A model generated the notes under the pieces. It ran no database searches. It was not told where the DNA came from and saw nothing but the letters and a program-made list of their open reading frames with translations. DNA of 64,000 nt, from positions 271 to 64,270 of the forward strand of contig CAOXTD010000009.1 of NCBI GenBank assembly GCA_948560265.1, written 5' to 3'. The stretch comes from an uncultured Clostridia bacterium. GTDB lineage: Bacteria > Bacillota > Clostridia > TANB77 > CAG-508. Positions 46,510 to 55,692 of the stretch are shown here, in pieces. Made by a program: the position numbers and the translations under genes. Position 1 is the stretch's first letter, and the number at the start of each line of letters is the position of its first letter.

Positions 46510-48366
46510 ATGGAAACTCTAGAAAAGATTAGAAAGATAAGAGAAGAAAAAAGAAAAGAATTAGACCTTCGTGTAAATAGCAATGTTGGAACAAGAGAAA
46601 AGCATATTTTAGTATGTCACGGAACAGGTTGTACTTCTTCAAAATCTCCACAAATTATTGAAAATTTTCGTAAAATTTTAGAAGAAAAGAAAATAGAAAA
46701 TGTACGTGTTGTTCAAACAGGGTGTTTTGGACTATGTGCAAAGGGGCCAATTGTCATTATCCGTCCAGAAGACACCTTTTATGCACAAGTATCACCAGAG
46801 GATTGTGAAGAGATTATCCAAACACATATTATAGAAGGCAAAATGGTGGAACGTTTACTTTGCCAAGATATCGACGGAAGCAAAGTGCAGAAATTAGATG
46901 ACCTTACCTTCTACAAAAAGCAAAGAAGAATTGCACTTCAAAATTGCGGAAAAATTAATCCAGAACAAATTGATGAATACATAGCCTTTGACGGATATAA
47001 AGCATTGGAAAAAGTGTTATTAGAAATGACACCAGAAGAAGTCATAGACACAATTGAAAAATCAGGTTTAAGGGGTAGAGGAGGAGCAGGTTTCCCAACA
47101 GGAAAGAAATGGGCTCTTACTAAAGCGGCAACTGGAAAGCAAAAATATGTTGTGTGCAATGCAGATGAAGGTGATCCAGGAGCTTTTATGGATAGAAGTA
47201 TTTTAGAAGGCGACCCACACTCTGTACTAGAAGCTATGATGATAGCAGGATACGCTATTGGAGCAAATCAAGGATACATTTATGTTAGAGCAGAATATCC
47301 AATTGCAGTAGAGAGATTTGGGGTGGCAATCAAGCAAGCAAGAGAATATGGAATACTTGGAAAAAATATTTTTGGAAGCAGCTTTGAATTTGATGTAGAC
47401 ATTAGACTAGGAGCAGGAGCATTTGTCTGCGGAGAAGAAACAGCGCTATTAGAATCAATTGAAGGAAAAAGAGGACAACCAAGAGTAAAGCCACCATATC
47501 CAGCCAATCAAGGTTTATGGCTTAAACCAACCTTAATCAATAATGTGGAAACATATGCCAATGTGACTAGAATTATTCTAAATGGAGCAGACTGGTATAG
47601 TAGCATTGGTACAGAGAACTCAAAAGGTACAAAAGTATTTGCATTAGGCGGAAATGTAGTTAATGTAGGACTAGTAGAAGTGCCAATGGGAACCACTTTA
47701 CGAGAAATTGTTTATGATATTGGTGGTGGAATTCCAAATGGCAGAGATTTTAAAGCTGCACAAACAGGAGGACCATCAGGAGGATGTATTCCAAAAGAGC
47801 ATTTAGATACTCCGATTGATTATGAGTCATTAAAAGAAATTGGCTCTATGATGGGGTCAGGTGGCTTAATTGTTATGGATGACACCAAATGTATGGTAAA
47901 TTTAGCAAAGTTCTATTTAAGCTTTACAGTAGATGAATCCTGTGGTAAATGTACTCCTTGCAGAATTGGAACAAAAAGAATGTTAGAATTATTGGAAAAA
48001 ATGACAACAGGAGAAGCGGAACCAGAAGATTTGAATAAATTAGAAGAATTAGCAGTGAATATTCCAAAAACAGCAATTTGTGGATTGGGGCAATCTGCAC
48101 CAAACCCTGTACTTTCAACTTTAAAATATTTTAGAGAAGAATATTTAGAACATGTGAAATACAAAGAATGCAAAACAGGGGAGTGTAAAGCTTTAGCAAA
48201 CATACAAATAGACAGTGAAAAATGTAAAGGTTGTGGAATGTGTAAGAGAAACTGCCCAGTAAATGCAATTGAAGGAGAACCAGGAAAAACACACAAGATA
48301 GATGAATCTACTTGCATCAAGTGTGGAACTTGTATTACGGTTTGTCCATTCCATGCGATTGGATAA
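46510..48366 (+). CDS. hydB: NuoF-like NADH/FMN/Fe-S subunit (HydB/HndC)
   Basis: GRGGAGFPTG and CGKCTPCR motifs, with C-terminal 2x[4Fe-4S] ferredoxin motifs. Confidence 0.9.
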   Translation: METLEKIRKIREEKRKELDLRVNSNVGTREKHILVCHGTGCTSSKSPQIIENFRKILEEKKIENVRVVQTGCFGLCAKGPIVIIRPEDTFYAQVSPEDCEEIIQTHIIEGKMVERLLCQDIDGSKVQKLDDLTFYKKQRRIALQNCGKINPEQIDEYIAFDGYKALEKVLLEMTPEEVIDTIEKSGLRGRGGAGFPTGKKWALTKAATGKQKYVVCNADEGDPGAFMDRSILEGDPHSVLEAMMIAGYAIGANQGYIYVRAEYPIAVERFGVAIKQAREYGILGKNIFGSSFEFDVDIRLGAGAFVCGEETALLESIEGKRGQPRVKPPYPANQGLWLKPTLINNVETYANVTRIILNGADWYSSIGTENSKGTKVFALGGNVVNVGLVEVPMGTTLREIVYDIGGGIPNGRDFKAAQTGGPSGGCIPKEHLDTPIDYESLKEIGSMMGSGGLIVMDDTKCMVNLAKFYLSFTVDESCGKCTPCRIGTKRMLELLEKMTTGEAEPEDLNKLEELAVNIPKTAICGLGQSAPNPVLSTLKYFREEYLEHVKYKECKTGECKALANIQIDSEKCKGCGMCKRNCPVNAIEGEPGKTHKIDESTCIKCGTCITVCPFHAIG

Positions 48367-48389
48367 GTAGAAAATTAGTAGGAGAAATT

Positions 48390-49703
48390 ATGATACAAAT
48401 AAATCCAAAAGATATTGAGCTATTTTCAGAGCAATATCATAAAGATGCTAAAAATCAAGAAATAGAAAAAGCAATTACTCAAAAAGGATTAGAAAAAGCG
48501 TGTCTAAATCAAAAGATAATAGAAGAAAATGAGTTTTCTTTTAATTTAGAACTATCAGAACCCAAAAGATATGATCAAAAAGAAAGTTTAAGATGTTGGA
48601 TTTTTGCAGGAATCAATATGATAAAAAGAAATATGGCACAAAATCTTAATATCAATGATTTAGAACTTGAGCTTTCAGACAATTATATTGCCTTTTTTGA
48701 TAAATTAGAAAAGTCAAATGATGTATATGAAAAAGCAATTCAGGCTAAAACGGAGGATATAGGGAAATTTACTAAGAGATTAGAAAACTGTGTAACAGAA
48801 TGTGGAAACTATATGACTTTCCTTACTATTTTAGAGAAATATGGCATCATACCACAAAATGCTATGAAGCAAGCAGTAGAAAGCAGAAATGCTGATAAAA
48901 TAACGTTACTATATAGAGAAAAAGTAAAAAAGGACATTTTTGAATTATTTCAAGCTAAAAAGGTAGAGAGCAAAAAAGAGTTAAGAAAAAAGAAGAAGCA
49001 GTATTTACAAGAAAACTATATCTTCTTAGCTAAAATTTTAGGAGAACCACCAACTAAATTTCAATATGGCTATGAGAATAAAGAAGGAAAAAAGGTTATA
49101 CTAAAAAATATGACACCATTAGAGTTCAAAGAGCAATTTTTAAGTATGAAAATGCAAGATTATATCTACCTAGAAAATTGCAAAGGGTGGGAATATGAGC
49201 AGAAAAGGATAGACACCACAGTAGAAAATGTATATAAAAAAAGTAGTGTAAAACTGATTAATATGCCAATAGAAGAACTAAAAAGAGCAACGATTGAACA
49301 ACTAAAAGACGGAGTACCTGTCTACATGGGAATTAACATGTTAAGAGATAGAAAATTAGATAGTGGTGTATTAGATATTAGGCTTTATAATTATGATGAG
49401 ATGTTAGGAAGAAAGAGACTGACGAAATATGAAGGTATTAAAATGAAAGAAAGGACATTACATCATTGGATGACTATAACAGGAGTATACTTAGAAGACG
49501 GAAAAGCAAAAAGGTGGAAAGTGGAAAATAGTTATGGGGAAACAGAAGGAATAAATGGCTATTTAGTTATGAATGATAACTATTTTGAAGAATATGTTAT
49601 GCAAGTAGTAGTGAACAAGAAATATTTAAAACCAAAGCAATTAGAACTAATCCAGAGGAAGGAAGAACATAGTTTGCAATACTACACTAAGGAAACTACA
49701 TAA
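48390..49703 (+). CDS. pepC: aminopeptidase C (C1-family, bleomycin hydrolase-like)
   Basis: RCWIFAG active-site Cys context, HWMTITG and ENSYG motifs. Confidence 0.88.
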   Translation: MIQINPKDIELFSEQYHKDAKNQEIEKAITQKGLEKACLNQKIIEENEFSFNLELSEPKRYDQKESLRCWIFAGINMIKRNMAQNLNINDLELELSDNYIAFFDKLEKSNDVYEKAIQAKTEDIGKFTKRLENCVTECGNYMTFLTILEKYGIIPQNAMKQAVESRNADKITLLYREKVKKDIFELFQAKKVESKKELRKKKKQYLQENYIFLAKILGEPPTKFQYGYENKEGKKVILKNMTPLEFKEQFLSMKMQDYIYLENCKGWEYEQKRIDTTVENVYKKSSVKLINMPIEELKRATIEQLKDGVPVYMGINMLRDRKLDSGVLDIRLYNYDEMLGRKRLTKYEGIKMKERTLHHWMTITGVYLEDGKAKRWKVENSYGETEGINGYLVMNDNYFEEYVMQVVVNKKYLKPKQLELIQRKEEHSLQYYTKETT

Positions 49704-49726
49704 TAGAAAAGAATGGGAGAGAGAAG

Positions 49727-50299
49727 ATGAAATATTTTAAGAAATTAGTAGGAGATAGAATTTATTTATCACCAAGAAATAGTCAAGATGTAGAATTATT
49801 TACTAAGTGGCTCAATGATTTTCAAGTAACGGATTATACAGGAAGAAGTGGCATCATTACAACACTAGAAGGAGAAAAGCAATATTTAGAACAATCAGCA
49901 GTAGAAGAAAATAGACACTTTGTAATTGTTACACTAGATAAAGATGAGATGATAGGAACAGTTAGTCTAGAAAGAATGAATCATATTAACAGACATGCAA
50001 TATTGGGCATATTTATTGGAGAAGAAGCCTATCGAAATGGAGGTTATGGAACAGAAGCAATTAATTTGATTTTAGACTATGGATTTAATTATCTGAATCT
50101 AAACTCTATTCAGCTAGATGTATATGCTTTTAATGAAAGAGCAATTGCTTGTTACAAGAAATGTGGTTTTCAAGAAGCAGGAAAAAGAAGAAAAGCTATT
50201 TTTGTAAACGGAAACTATTACGACATCATGCAAATGGATATTCTAAGAGAAGAGTTTGAGCAAGCAGGAAAAGAATATATACGTAATAAAAATGTGTAA
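49727..50299 (+). CDS. GNAT-family N-acetyltransferase (RimJ/RimL-like)
   Basis: RNGGYGTEA and AYKKCGF motifs. Confidence 0.85.
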   Translation: MKYFKKLVGDRIYLSPRNSQDVELFTKWLNDFQVTDYTGRSGIITTLEGEKQYLEQSAVEENRHFVIVTLDKDEMIGTVSLERMNHINRHAILGIFIGEEAYRNGGYGTEAINLILDYGFNYLNLNSIQLDVYAFNERAIACYKKCGFQEAGKRRKAIFVNGNYYDIMQMDILREEFEQAGKEYIRNKNV

Positions 50300-50326
50300 A
50301 AATGAATTTAGAAAGGAAGAGGTATT

Positions 50327-52081
50327 ATGGCAGAATTACCAAAAGTACACTTAACCATTGACAATAAAGAGGTAGAAGTTCAAAAAGGAACAACGATTTT
50401 ACAAGCTGCAAGACAAGCAAATATTGATATTCCTACACTTTGTTATTTAAAAGAAATTAACGCCATTGGTGATTGCAGAATGTGTATCACAGAAGTAGAA
50501 GGAAGAAAAGGATTTGCCACTTCTTGTATTCAGCAAGTAGAAGAAGGCATGGTAGTACATACGCATTCGCCAGCAGTAATTGAAGCGAGAAAGATGATAT
50601 TAGACTTGATTTTATCTAATCACCATCGTGATTGTCTAACTTGCACACGAAATGGAAATTGTGAATTACAAGCATTAGCAGTAAAATTCAATGTACAAAG
50701 TGTACGTTATGAAGGGGCTAAGAATGAACACAAAATAGACGATAGTTCACCATCTATTGTACGTGATTTCAATAAATGTATTTTATGTAGAAGATGTGTA
50801 TCAACTTGTAAAAAAGTACAAAAGGTTGGTGCTATTGATGCAGTAAATAGAGGCTTTACCTCTTGTATTTCAACAGTAGGAGACCATAGCTTAAATGATG
50901 TCAATTGTACTTTTTGTGGTCAATGCATTCAAGCATGTCCAACAGGTGCTTTACATGAAAAAGATTCCACTGAAGTAGTATGGGAAAAATTAAGAGACCC
51001 AGAAAGCTATGTCATTGTACAAACGGCACCAGCAGTAAGAGTAGCCTTAGGAGAAGAATTTGGTATGCCAATTGGTACCAATGTGACTGGTAAAATGGTA
51101 GCAGCTCTTCAAAGATTAGGCTTTGATAAAGTATTTGATACTAATACTGGAGCAGACTTTACTATTATGGAAGAAGGAACTGAATTTATCAAGCGTTTGC
51201 AAGTGAATGACCATCTTCCAATGATAACCTCTTGTAGCCCAGGTTGGGTAAGGTATATTGAAATGAATTATCCAGAAAACCTACAACACTTATCCAGCTG
51301 TAAATCTCCACATGAAATGTTTGGAGCACTTTTGAAGACATATTATGCAAGTAAGCAAAAAATAAATCCAGAGAAAATCTTTGTTGTTTCAGTGATGCCT
51401 TGCATTGCTAAAAAGTTTGAAAGACAAAGAGAAGAAATGAAAGATAATGGACTATATGATGTAGATGCAGTGCTAACAACAAGAGAATTGGCAAGAATGA
51501 TTAAACAAGCTAATATTGAATTTGTAGAATTAGAAGATGAAGTTTTTGATGATCCAATGGGAGAAGCAACAGGCGCTGCTGCTATCTTTGGTGTAACAGG
51601 TGGTGTGGCAGAGGCGGCACTAAGAAGTGTATCAGAAATCGTAACAGGAAAGCCATTAGAAAAAATAGAATTTGAAGAAGTAAGAGGACAAAAAGGAATC
51701 AAAAGAGCAACGATAAAAATAGGAGACCAAGAAGTAAAAGCTGTTGTAGCAAGTGGACTAGGCAATGCCAAAACCATTATGGAAGAAATTAAGTCAGGAA
51801 AAGCAGATTATCAGTTTGTAGAAATTATGGCATGCCCTGGTGGATGCATTATGGGTGGAGGACAACCGATTAAGAGTAGTAAAATTAGAGAAACAGTAAA
51901 TGTAGCTCAAAAACGTTCAGAAGCCATGTATAGCATTGATGAAAGAAGTGCTATAAGACTTTCTCATAAAAATCCAGTGTTACAAAAAATCTACAAGGAA
52001 TTTTTAGGAGAGCCAGGTGGACACCTAGCACATGAACTATTACATACACATTATGAAAAAAGAGAAAAATATAGGATTTAA
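50327..52081 (+). CDS. hydA: [FeFe]-hydrogenase catalytic subunit, multi-domain group-A type
   Basis: N-terminal 2Fe-2S and 4Fe-4S domains. H-cluster motifs are MPCIAKKFE and EIMACPGGCIMGGGQP, but motif 1 reads TSCSPGW. Confidence 0.9.
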   Translation: MAELPKVHLTIDNKEVEVQKGTTILQAARQANIDIPTLCYLKEINAIGDCRMCITEVEGRKGFATSCIQQVEEGMVVHTHSPAVIEARKMILDLILSNHHRDCLTCTRNGNCELQALAVKFNVQSVRYEGAKNEHKIDDSSPSIVRDFNKCILCRRCVSTCKKVQKVGAIDAVNRGFTSCISTVGDHSLNDVNCTFCGQCIQACPTGALHEKDSTEVVWEKLRDPESYVIVQTAPAVRVALGEEFGMPIGTNVTGKMVAALQRLGFDKVFDTNTGADFTIMEEGTEFIKRLQVNDHLPMITSCSPGWVRYIEMNYPENLQHLSSCKSPHEMFGALLKTYYASKQKINPEKIFVVSVMPCIAKKFERQREEMKDNGLYDVDAVLTTRELARMIKQANIEFVELEDEVFDDPMGEATGAAAIFGVTGGVAEAALRSVSEIVTGKPLEKIEFEEVRGQKGIKRATIKIGDQEVKAVVASGLGNAKTIMEEIKSGKADYQFVEIMACPGGCIMGGGQPIKSSKIRETVNVAQKRSEAMYSIDERSAIRLSHKNPVLQKIYKEFLGEPGGHLAHELLHTHYEKREKYRI

Positions 52082-52101
52082 AACTGGGAAGGGAGGTTTG
52101 T

Positions 52102-53007
52102 ATGGAAAATTTTAAATCAGGTTTTGTTTCTATTGTAGGAAGAACCAATGTGGGAAAATCTAGTATCTTAAATGATATGGTAGGGCAAAAGGTGGCAAGC
52201 GTAGCAAATAAGCCACAAACTACAAGAACAGCAATTAAAGCAATTGTCAATCGTGAACACTCTCAAATTATTTTTACAGATACACCAGGAATTCATAAGC
52301 CAAAATCAAAATTAGGTGATACTATGGTGGAAACAGCATGGGGAAGTATTCCTGATAGTGATGTAGTACTGTTTGTTGTGGAAGCTACCTCTAACGGAAT
52401 TGGTAAAGGCGACCAAATGATTTTAGATAAAATCAAAGAAGCAAAAGCACAAACCATTTTGGTTATTAATAAAATTGATTTGGTAAGCAAAGAGCAAATT
52501 TTTAAGATGATTGAGGCTTTTAAGGATGAATATCATTTTAAAGCAATTATTCCGATTTCTGCCTTAAAAGAATCTGATGTCGAAGTGATTTTAGAAGAAA
52601 TTGAGAAGAACTTAAAAGAAGGTCCTGCATATTATGATATAGAGGAATATACAGATCAAACTTTAAGAGATTTAGCAGCAGAAACGATACGAGAAAAAGC
52701 ACTAAAACTATTGAAAGATGAAGTGCCACATGGTATATTAATTGAAATAGAGAAAATGAAAAAGGGTAAAACAAGAGAAGAAAAGCCAATATTTAATATA
52801 GAAGCAACCATTTACTGCTTAAGAGAGTCCCACAAGGGAATTATCATTGGTAAAGGTGGAGCGATGCTGAAAAAGATTGGAACATATGCAAGAGAAGATT
52901 TAGAAAAAATGCTAGAAACACAAGTGAATTTGAAATTGTGGGTAAAAGTAAAAGAAGATTGGATTAATGATGAACATTTTGTGAAATTGTTTAAAAATAC
53001 AGATTGA
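52102..53007 (+). CDS. era: GTPase Era
   Basis: GRTNVGKSS, DTPG, NKID and a KH domain. Confidence 0.95.
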   Translation: MENFKSGFVSIVGRTNVGKSSILNDMVGQKVASVANKPQTTRTAIKAIVNREHSQIIFTDTPGIHKPKSKLGDTMVETAWGSIPDSDVVLFVVEATSNGIGKGDQMILDKIKEAKAQTILVINKIDLVSKEQIFKMIEAFKDEYHFKAIIPISALKESDVEVILEEIEKNLKEGPAYYDIEEYTDQTLRDLAAETIREKALKLLKDEVPHGILIEIEKMKKGKTREEKPIFNIEATIYCLRESHKGIIIGKGGAMLKKIGTYAREDLEKMLETQVNLKLWVKVKEDWINDEHFVKLFKNTD

Positions 53008-53033
53008 AAACTTAAACAAATGTTTTGGAAGCT

Positions 53034-53062
53034 ATTGACATAAATAAATATTAACGTTACAA
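53034..53062 (+). promoter_or_regulatory. sigma-A-like promoter for the small hydrophobic ORF
   Basis: TTGACA-N17-TACAAT. Confidence 0.55.
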
Positions 53063-53133
53063 TTGAAAATGAGGTTAGGAAAAGCAGAGTGTGGTTGCCA
53101 TCTCAACTTACATATGAAAGTGAGGTGGTGCAT

Positions 53134-53319
53134 ATGGTAGATATATTATTACAATTAATCATTTTACTTTTTTCTGCTCTAGTAGCAGTATCTATTATAG
53201 CATTTGCCTTGATTATAGCTTTAGTTATAATCAAGGCAAATAAAAACAATACACATCTCTGCCCGCTAGTAGAAGATGTGTATACATTCTCTATGGCAAC
53301 CACATTTTGTGGCTCCTAA
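53134..53319 (+). CDS. 61-aa hydrophobic peptide, candidate type I toxin
   Basis: GAGGTGG lies 6 nt before the ATG. In MVDILLQLIILLFSALVAVSIIAFALIIALVIIKANKNN... one clean TM helix is followed by a basic/polar tail. Confidence 0.5.
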   Translation: MVDILLQLIILLFSALVAVSIIAFALIIALVIIKANKNNTHLCPLVEDVYTFSMATTFCGS

Positions 53320-53324
53320 CTTCT
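53238..53324 (-). ncRNA. candidate cis-antisense RNA (antitoxin) overlapping the 3' end of ORF 53134-53319
   Basis: Bounded by a consensus minus-strand promoter (53331-53358) and a minus-strand hairpin ACACATCT/AGATGTGT followed by AUUGUUUUUAUUU. Confidence 0.4.
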
Positions 53325-53330
53325 ACTAAT

Positions 53331-53358
53331 ATTATAACATAAAATAATGCAATGTCAA
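53331..53358 (-). promoter_or_regulatory. consensus sigma-A promoter firing antisense into the small ORF
   Basis: The minus strand reads TTGACA-N16-TATAAT with an extended -10 TGT. Confidence 0.55.
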
Positions 53359-53453
53359 GAATTCAAAAAATTTCCAATATTAAAATCGAATAAAAAATGG
53401 AAAAAAGACCATCATAAATACAGAAGCATAAATAAAGAGGAGTTGAGGCACAT

Positions 53454-53615
53454 ATGATACAAAAACAGATGAAAGACTTAGCATGGAATACATTTAAACA
53501 AACTGGAGACATCAATACTTTTATGGAATTATTGCAAGTAGAAAATATGCAAAAAAATGGAATGTTTGAACCACAAGAAAATGCACAAGGAATTGAAAAA
53601 CAAATTAAGGACTAA
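53454..53615 (+). CDS. yqzL: YqzL-family small protein (not in the ORF track; 53 aa)
   Basis: Sequence MIQKQMKDLAWNTFKQTGDINTFMELLQVE...; sits between era and recO, as yqzL does in Bacillus. Confidence 0.7.
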   Translation: MIQKQMKDLAWNTFKQTGDINTFMELLQVENMQKNGMFEPQENAQGIEKQIKD

Positions 53616-53632
53616 AATAGAGGACTAACAAT

Positions 53633-54358
53633 ATGGGAATTATCAAAACAAAAGGAATTATTCTTTCAGAAAGTAATATGAATGATTTTGACAAGATGTT
53701 AACAATACTTACTCCCAATGGGAAAATAGGGTGTGCTGCAAAAGGGGCTAGAAAACCAAAAAGCCTCTTAATGGCAGGCACTCAATTTTTGTGTTTTGGT
53801 GAATATATGCTTTATCAAGGGACAAGCAGTTATCACATCAATTCTTGTGACACTATTGAACTTTTTTATCCTATTCGAACAGACTTAGATAAGTTAAAAT
53901 ATGCAGCACATGTTACTAAAATTATTAATGATGTAACAGATGAAAACCAAAATACATATCGCATTTTACAACTTTTTTTAAATACTTTATACATGATATC
54001 AGAAACAGATAAAGACTTAGACTTTATCCTTTCTGTATTTAAGTTAAGACTACTATGCTTATTAGGCTTTACTCCACAAATCAAAACTTGTACAAATTGT
54101 AAAACACAAGATAATATCACCCATTTCAGTATTAGAGACAATGGGTTTAAATGCGAGGCTTGTAGCAAGGTAGATAAAGGAGCAATTAAAATATCAGATT
54201 CTACGAAAACGGCTATGCAATACATTGTATTAGCAGATCCTAAAAAGATATTTTCCTTCCAAATTTCAGAGGAAAACTTGCAAGAGTTGAACTTGGTGAG
54301 TAATCTCTATTTTAATGAAAAGTTGGAAAAAGAATATAAGTTGGAAAACTTATTTTAA
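53633..54358 (+). CDS. recO: DNA repair protein RecO
   Basis: OB-fold N-terminus plus a Cys4 zinc motif CTNC...CEAC. Confidence 0.92.
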   Translation: MGIIKTKGIILSESNMNDFDKMLTILTPNGKIGCAAKGARKPKSLLMAGTQFLCFGEYMLYQGTSSYHINSCDTIELFYPIRTDLDKLKYAAHVTKIINDVTDENQNTYRILQLFLNTLYMISETDKDLDFILSVFKLRLLCLLGFTPQIKTCTNCKTQDNITHFSIRDNGFKCEACSKVDKGAIKISDSTKTAMQYIVLADPKKIFSFQISEENLQELNLVSNLYFNEKLEKEYKLENLF

Positions 54359-54378
54359 TTTAAAAACAATAAAAAGCA

Positions 54379-55578
54379 CTATGATAAGTGCTTTTGTTTT
54401 TGACAATTTACAGCCTTGCTAGCAGGACCTTCAACTATATGAAAATCTTTGCCGTTTAAAATATGCTCAAACAAAGAGTAAAGATTATTGGCAGCAACTT
54501 CTGCAGACCAATCTTGGGTAATAGTTTGATAAGCGTTTTTAGACAAAGTATTCCTCAAGTCTTTATTGTTAATAGCAAGTTTTACATTATTTTCTAATTC
54601 TAAATAGGAAGAGTATATTAAACCATTTTCTTTATGTTTAATTAAAAATGGTACTGAACCCATTTTTTGATTAGCAATGATAGTACAGCCTGCGTTCATT
54701 GCTTCATTTACAACAACGCCCCAACCTTCACGACTATCACTTGTACCAATAAAAATATTGGCATTTTCCATATAAGTATGAACTTTATCACTTGGTACTT
54801 GTCCTACAATTTCGATAACATCTTCTAAATTTTCCTTTTTTACCCTTTGACGCATCTTATCTTCTAACATTCCTGTACCTAACATTTTGATATGAAAAGA
54901 ATAATCCTGCTTTTTTAGGTTCCTAGCTAGTTTTAGAACAATCTCAGGGTGTTTCCAATGGATAAATCTAGCAACCCATACAATTTCAATCTTTTTCTTT
55001 TCTTCTTTCTTTTGCAATAACTGCTCTATATCATAATGAGTCGTTTCCAAAAAATACCCCCATTTATATATTTTATTGGGATACAAACCAAAGAAATTGA
55101 AGTCATTTGCGCCATAACCATTACAAGTTAGTAAATATAAGTTTTTATTCTTTCTATAGCGAATATGTCTGTTATAAAATAATTTCATTTTCTCTTTATC
55201 AAAAATTGTTTTAAAAAATCCATCAGGAAAAATGAAAATTCTTGCACGATAACGGAAAGTAATTTTATCTTGTTCTAATCTTTCTTCTATCAATTCATCT
55301 GTAGTTGAACCAATGATAACAATATCACTTTCTAAAGCTAATTTTTTAGCTTCTTCATAACTTTCGTCATTTTCATAGGCTCTTATTACAAAATCATATT
55401 CTTGGTCTAAATCTTTAAAACCTAAATCCAAACGCCACTGAAATATTTTCATGGTAGACACAAATTTAAAATCAGAACCTAATTTCTTTTGCATTTCCAA
55501 ACAAAATGGGACTTGATGATGTGTTAAAAAATTCGAAATAAATGTTATCTTCATAGAATTTTCATTCCTTTCCATCAA
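54379..55578 (-). CDS. GT4-family glycosyltransferase
   Basis: C-terminal EGWGVVVNEAMNAGC (E-x7-E region). Confidence 0.85.
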   Translation of the reverse strand: MMERNENSMKITFISNFLTHHQVPFCLEMQKKLGSDFKFVSTMKIFQWRLDLGFKDLDQEYDFVIRAYENDESYEEAKKLALESDIVIIGSTTDELIEERLEQDKITFRYRARIFIFPDGFFKTIFDKEKMKLFYNRHIRYRKNKNLYLLTCNGYGANDFNFFGLYPNKIYKWGYFLETTHYDIEQLLQKKEEKKKIEIVWVARFIHWKHPEIVLKLARNLKKQDYSFHIKMLGTGMLEDKMRQRVKKENLEDVIEIVGQVPSDKVHTYMENANIFIGTSDSREGWGVVVNEAMNAGCTIIANQKMGSVPFLIKHKENGLIYSSYLELENNVKLAINNKDLRNTLSKNAYQTITQDWSAEVAANNLYSLFEHILNGKDFHIVEGPASKAVNCQKQKHLS

Positions 55579-55692
55579 TTCTCTCCCATTATATCATAGC
55601 AAACTAAAATTGACAATAATTTGCTCAATATGCTATAATGCACTATATAAAAGATATATTTATAATTTGAATGTTAAAAGGAGATCGTAAAA

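Noticed and set aside
53103-53303. 66-aa minus-strand ORF antisense to the toxin candidate. It has AGGAG 7 nt before its ATG.
   Set aside because: Not dismissed completely. However, the minus-strand hairpin and U-tract at 53281-53238 would terminate the transcript after about 17 codons. Its hydrophobic stretch is interrupted by Lys residues and mirrors the + strand TM helix. The + strand ORF is the better coding candidate.
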